Assembly: GCF_003704095.1 (NCBI RefSeq)
Contig: NW_020843837.1
Coordinates: 310,001-374,000, forward strand
Reading direction: 5' to 3'
DNA length: 64,000 nucleotides
From: Pocillopora damicornis
Lineage: Eukaryota
A program made the translations under genes and the position numbers. Numbering within the stretch: position 1 is the stretch's first letter; every line of letters begins with the position of its first letter. This document shows, in pieces, positions 62,701 to 64,000 of this stretch. The notes beneath the pieces are model-generated. The model saw only the letters and a program-made list of their open reading frames with translations. It was not told the origin of the DNA and made no database searches.

Positions 62701-63930
62701 GTTTTAGACTTAGTGAAAACGTTTCTTCAGACGTTCTCTTTGAGAATTCTCGCTCAAGATTCACTGTTTTTCTTCTGTTCTGAAGGCGTTTCCATCGACA
62801 GAAGAAATGTTCAAACTGTCTGTCATCATGTCGCTTTAAAATCAACTGGAATCACCAATCCTAATAAGGACGTCTCGAAAAACAGAATTCTGCTCGAGAG
62901 AATGTCTATAGTTAACTTAAACAGAATTAACACATCCGTGGACTGGACCAGCAGCCTCCCTTTCCGTTCCCGCTTAAACTATTTTCTTACGATCGCAGAA
63001 GTTTTGTCATGCAAGGGAAAATGTAATATATAGCTTTAGCTGAGCCCAAATGTAGAACTCTGGATTTTATTTTCAGTTGTTGTCTTTTCACGTCTGATCA
63101 CTGAAGTTCAGCCGTGTTCGGGTGACTCTCAAAATCTTTCGTGCTGTATTAAAAACTGTAAAAACTGTATTAACATGTAAAATAAAATTTAGAGGACATC
63201 GCCCTTTTTGAGATTTGAGATACCGGAAGCTTTATTCGAAGTCAGCACATTCTTAAAATGTAAAAAGATTGGAGGTCTTATTTCGCTTCGCCTGTACCAC
63301 GCAATAAATCCAGATTACTTCAGCCTAAGTCCTCTACGTTTAATGTTTCAAATTTCAAAATTTATTTGAGTTATGCATGGACATTGGTCTTTACGCGCTA
63401 TCAAAATTTTGGTCGTCGAGAAGAGCTTCCATATTTTCTTAAATATGGTATCTCCGCTCGTGCGAAGCTCCGTAGATTAGAGCATTACACTCAGGTGTCA
63501 CTCAAATGTATCCATGACATTTTACCAACAGATGACTGACATTATTGATTTTCTTCGTTCCCATATTCACATCAGGAATGCCCACCTCCCTTGGATCCTA
63601 AATGCGTGGTCCACGTGACTGCTCTTGAACTACCATCTGGAGAGGATCACACTCTGTAAGTACCATATTTCTGTTGTTCTCATAAACTGTACCATGCACG
63701 CTTCTAAAATTAAATCGAATTTCTAAGCGTTTCAAGGTACTCAAAACTGGACTCATCGCTTCTTCAGTTTTAGAGAATGCTCTGTGTACCAATAATACTT
63801 TCCTGCTGTAGGCACTGATTGCTGTTGCAAACAATTCGCTTTTATCGCTCTGCTTTCTACAGAACCGTCTTGGAGACCTCAGACGTAGCTCAATCCGAAG
63901 GAGAGGTGGAGGCGGGCGCGCTGGATGCAG
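56134..63930 (+). CDS. BRO1-domain protein, BROX-like (at least 15 exons; 3' end at TGA 63941 or beyond the window)
   Basis: In-frame GT-AG exons: 56134-56243, 56338-56452, 56989-57011, 58059-58176, 58276-58323, 58415-58505, 58624-58670, 59379-59486, 60244-60292, 60630-60693, 61136-61205, 61742-61803, 62477-62555, 63576-63655, 63863-63930. The translation is collinear with BROX: RLRFKWSN, SLKTAASIFE, LQSLAEGQTVTIRRAVSKDHKASLISEL, KWSTYLRF, ARCYQGVHLLETEEKCGDSI, DRENNLIYHQKLP. Confidence 0.85.
56589..56718. repeat. Two (TA)n microsatellites
   Basis: TA runs at about 56589-56611 and 56648-56718, each preceded by AAAACA. Confidence 0.95.
57259..57299 (-). ncRNA. Degenerate minimal hammerhead ribozyme, U3-A8 core variant
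   Basis: The minus strand reads ATAT-TTGATAA-T-GGTGAC(ATTT)GTTGCC-GAAA-CATT-ATGT. This gives UUGANAA, a 6-bp stem II with wobbles, GAAA, and stem I ATAT/ATGT. Confidence 0.5.
58883..59097. mobile_element. piggyBac-type MITE (TTAA target site, CCC..GGG ends); representative of the most abundant family in the window
   Basis: TTAA|CCCATTAACTCCCAAGATCTC...TTGAAGGG|TTAA. Related full or partial copies lie at about 10025, 18211-18417, 22300-22460, 22470-22646, 22777-22960, 39967-40145, 41660-41825, 50200-50265 and 57697. Confidence 0.75.
61975..62449. mobile_element. 475-bp non-autonomous DNA transposon with perfect 16-bp TIRs
   Basis: GGCCTTTCTGCACTGG (61975-61990) / CCAGTGCAGAAAGGCC (62434-62449). 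It lies in a BROX-like intron, and no clean TSD is seen. Confidence 0.8.
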
Positions 63931-64000
63931 GTACAAGCTGACAACATCGATTAGCATCGTTAAACTGATCGCGTTTTTCACTCCTTAGGTAGAAATTTTA

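Noticed and set aside
63598-63981. 127-aa minus-strand ORF
   Set aside because: It is antisense to two BROX-like exons and the intron between them, with no recognisable domain.

Overview
Eukaryotic, intron-rich, AT-rich genomic DNA with five N-gaps. The gene families and MITE repertoire suggest a stony coral (Scleractinia, plausibly Pocilloporidae); this is an inference. Hand-spliced genes in order: (1) the 5' part of a secreted PAN-EGF-cbEGF-(LamG) gene on the minus strand, running off the left edge; (2) BAG6 (minus, 4313-20912), head-to-head with (3) FBXW5 (plus, 21241-25245); (4) a disrupted or incomplete ANTP-class homeobox gene (27595-29158); (5) a 6.4-kb uninterrupted ORF encoding about 40 TPR repeats plus a CHAT (caspase/separase-like clan CD) protease domain with an intact His/Cys dyad (33202-39588); (6) a complete paralog of gene 1 with a recently duplicated cbEGF exon (42037-47766); (7) a zeta-crystallin/QorA-type quinone oxidoreductase (minus, 52124-55742), head-to-head with (8) a divergent BROX-like BRO1-domain gene with at least 15 small exons that the ORF track misses (56134 to about 63930). 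Introns and intergenic DNA carry many MITEs, foldback elements, a Crypton-like composite relic, a decayed LINE RT fragment, and hammerhead-ribozyme motifs of the Penelope-associated type. The best candidates for something new are the giant TPR-CHAT sensor-protease, the hammerhead-bearing palindromic repeat family, and the BAG6-FBXW5 pair as a possible proto-MHC linkage.
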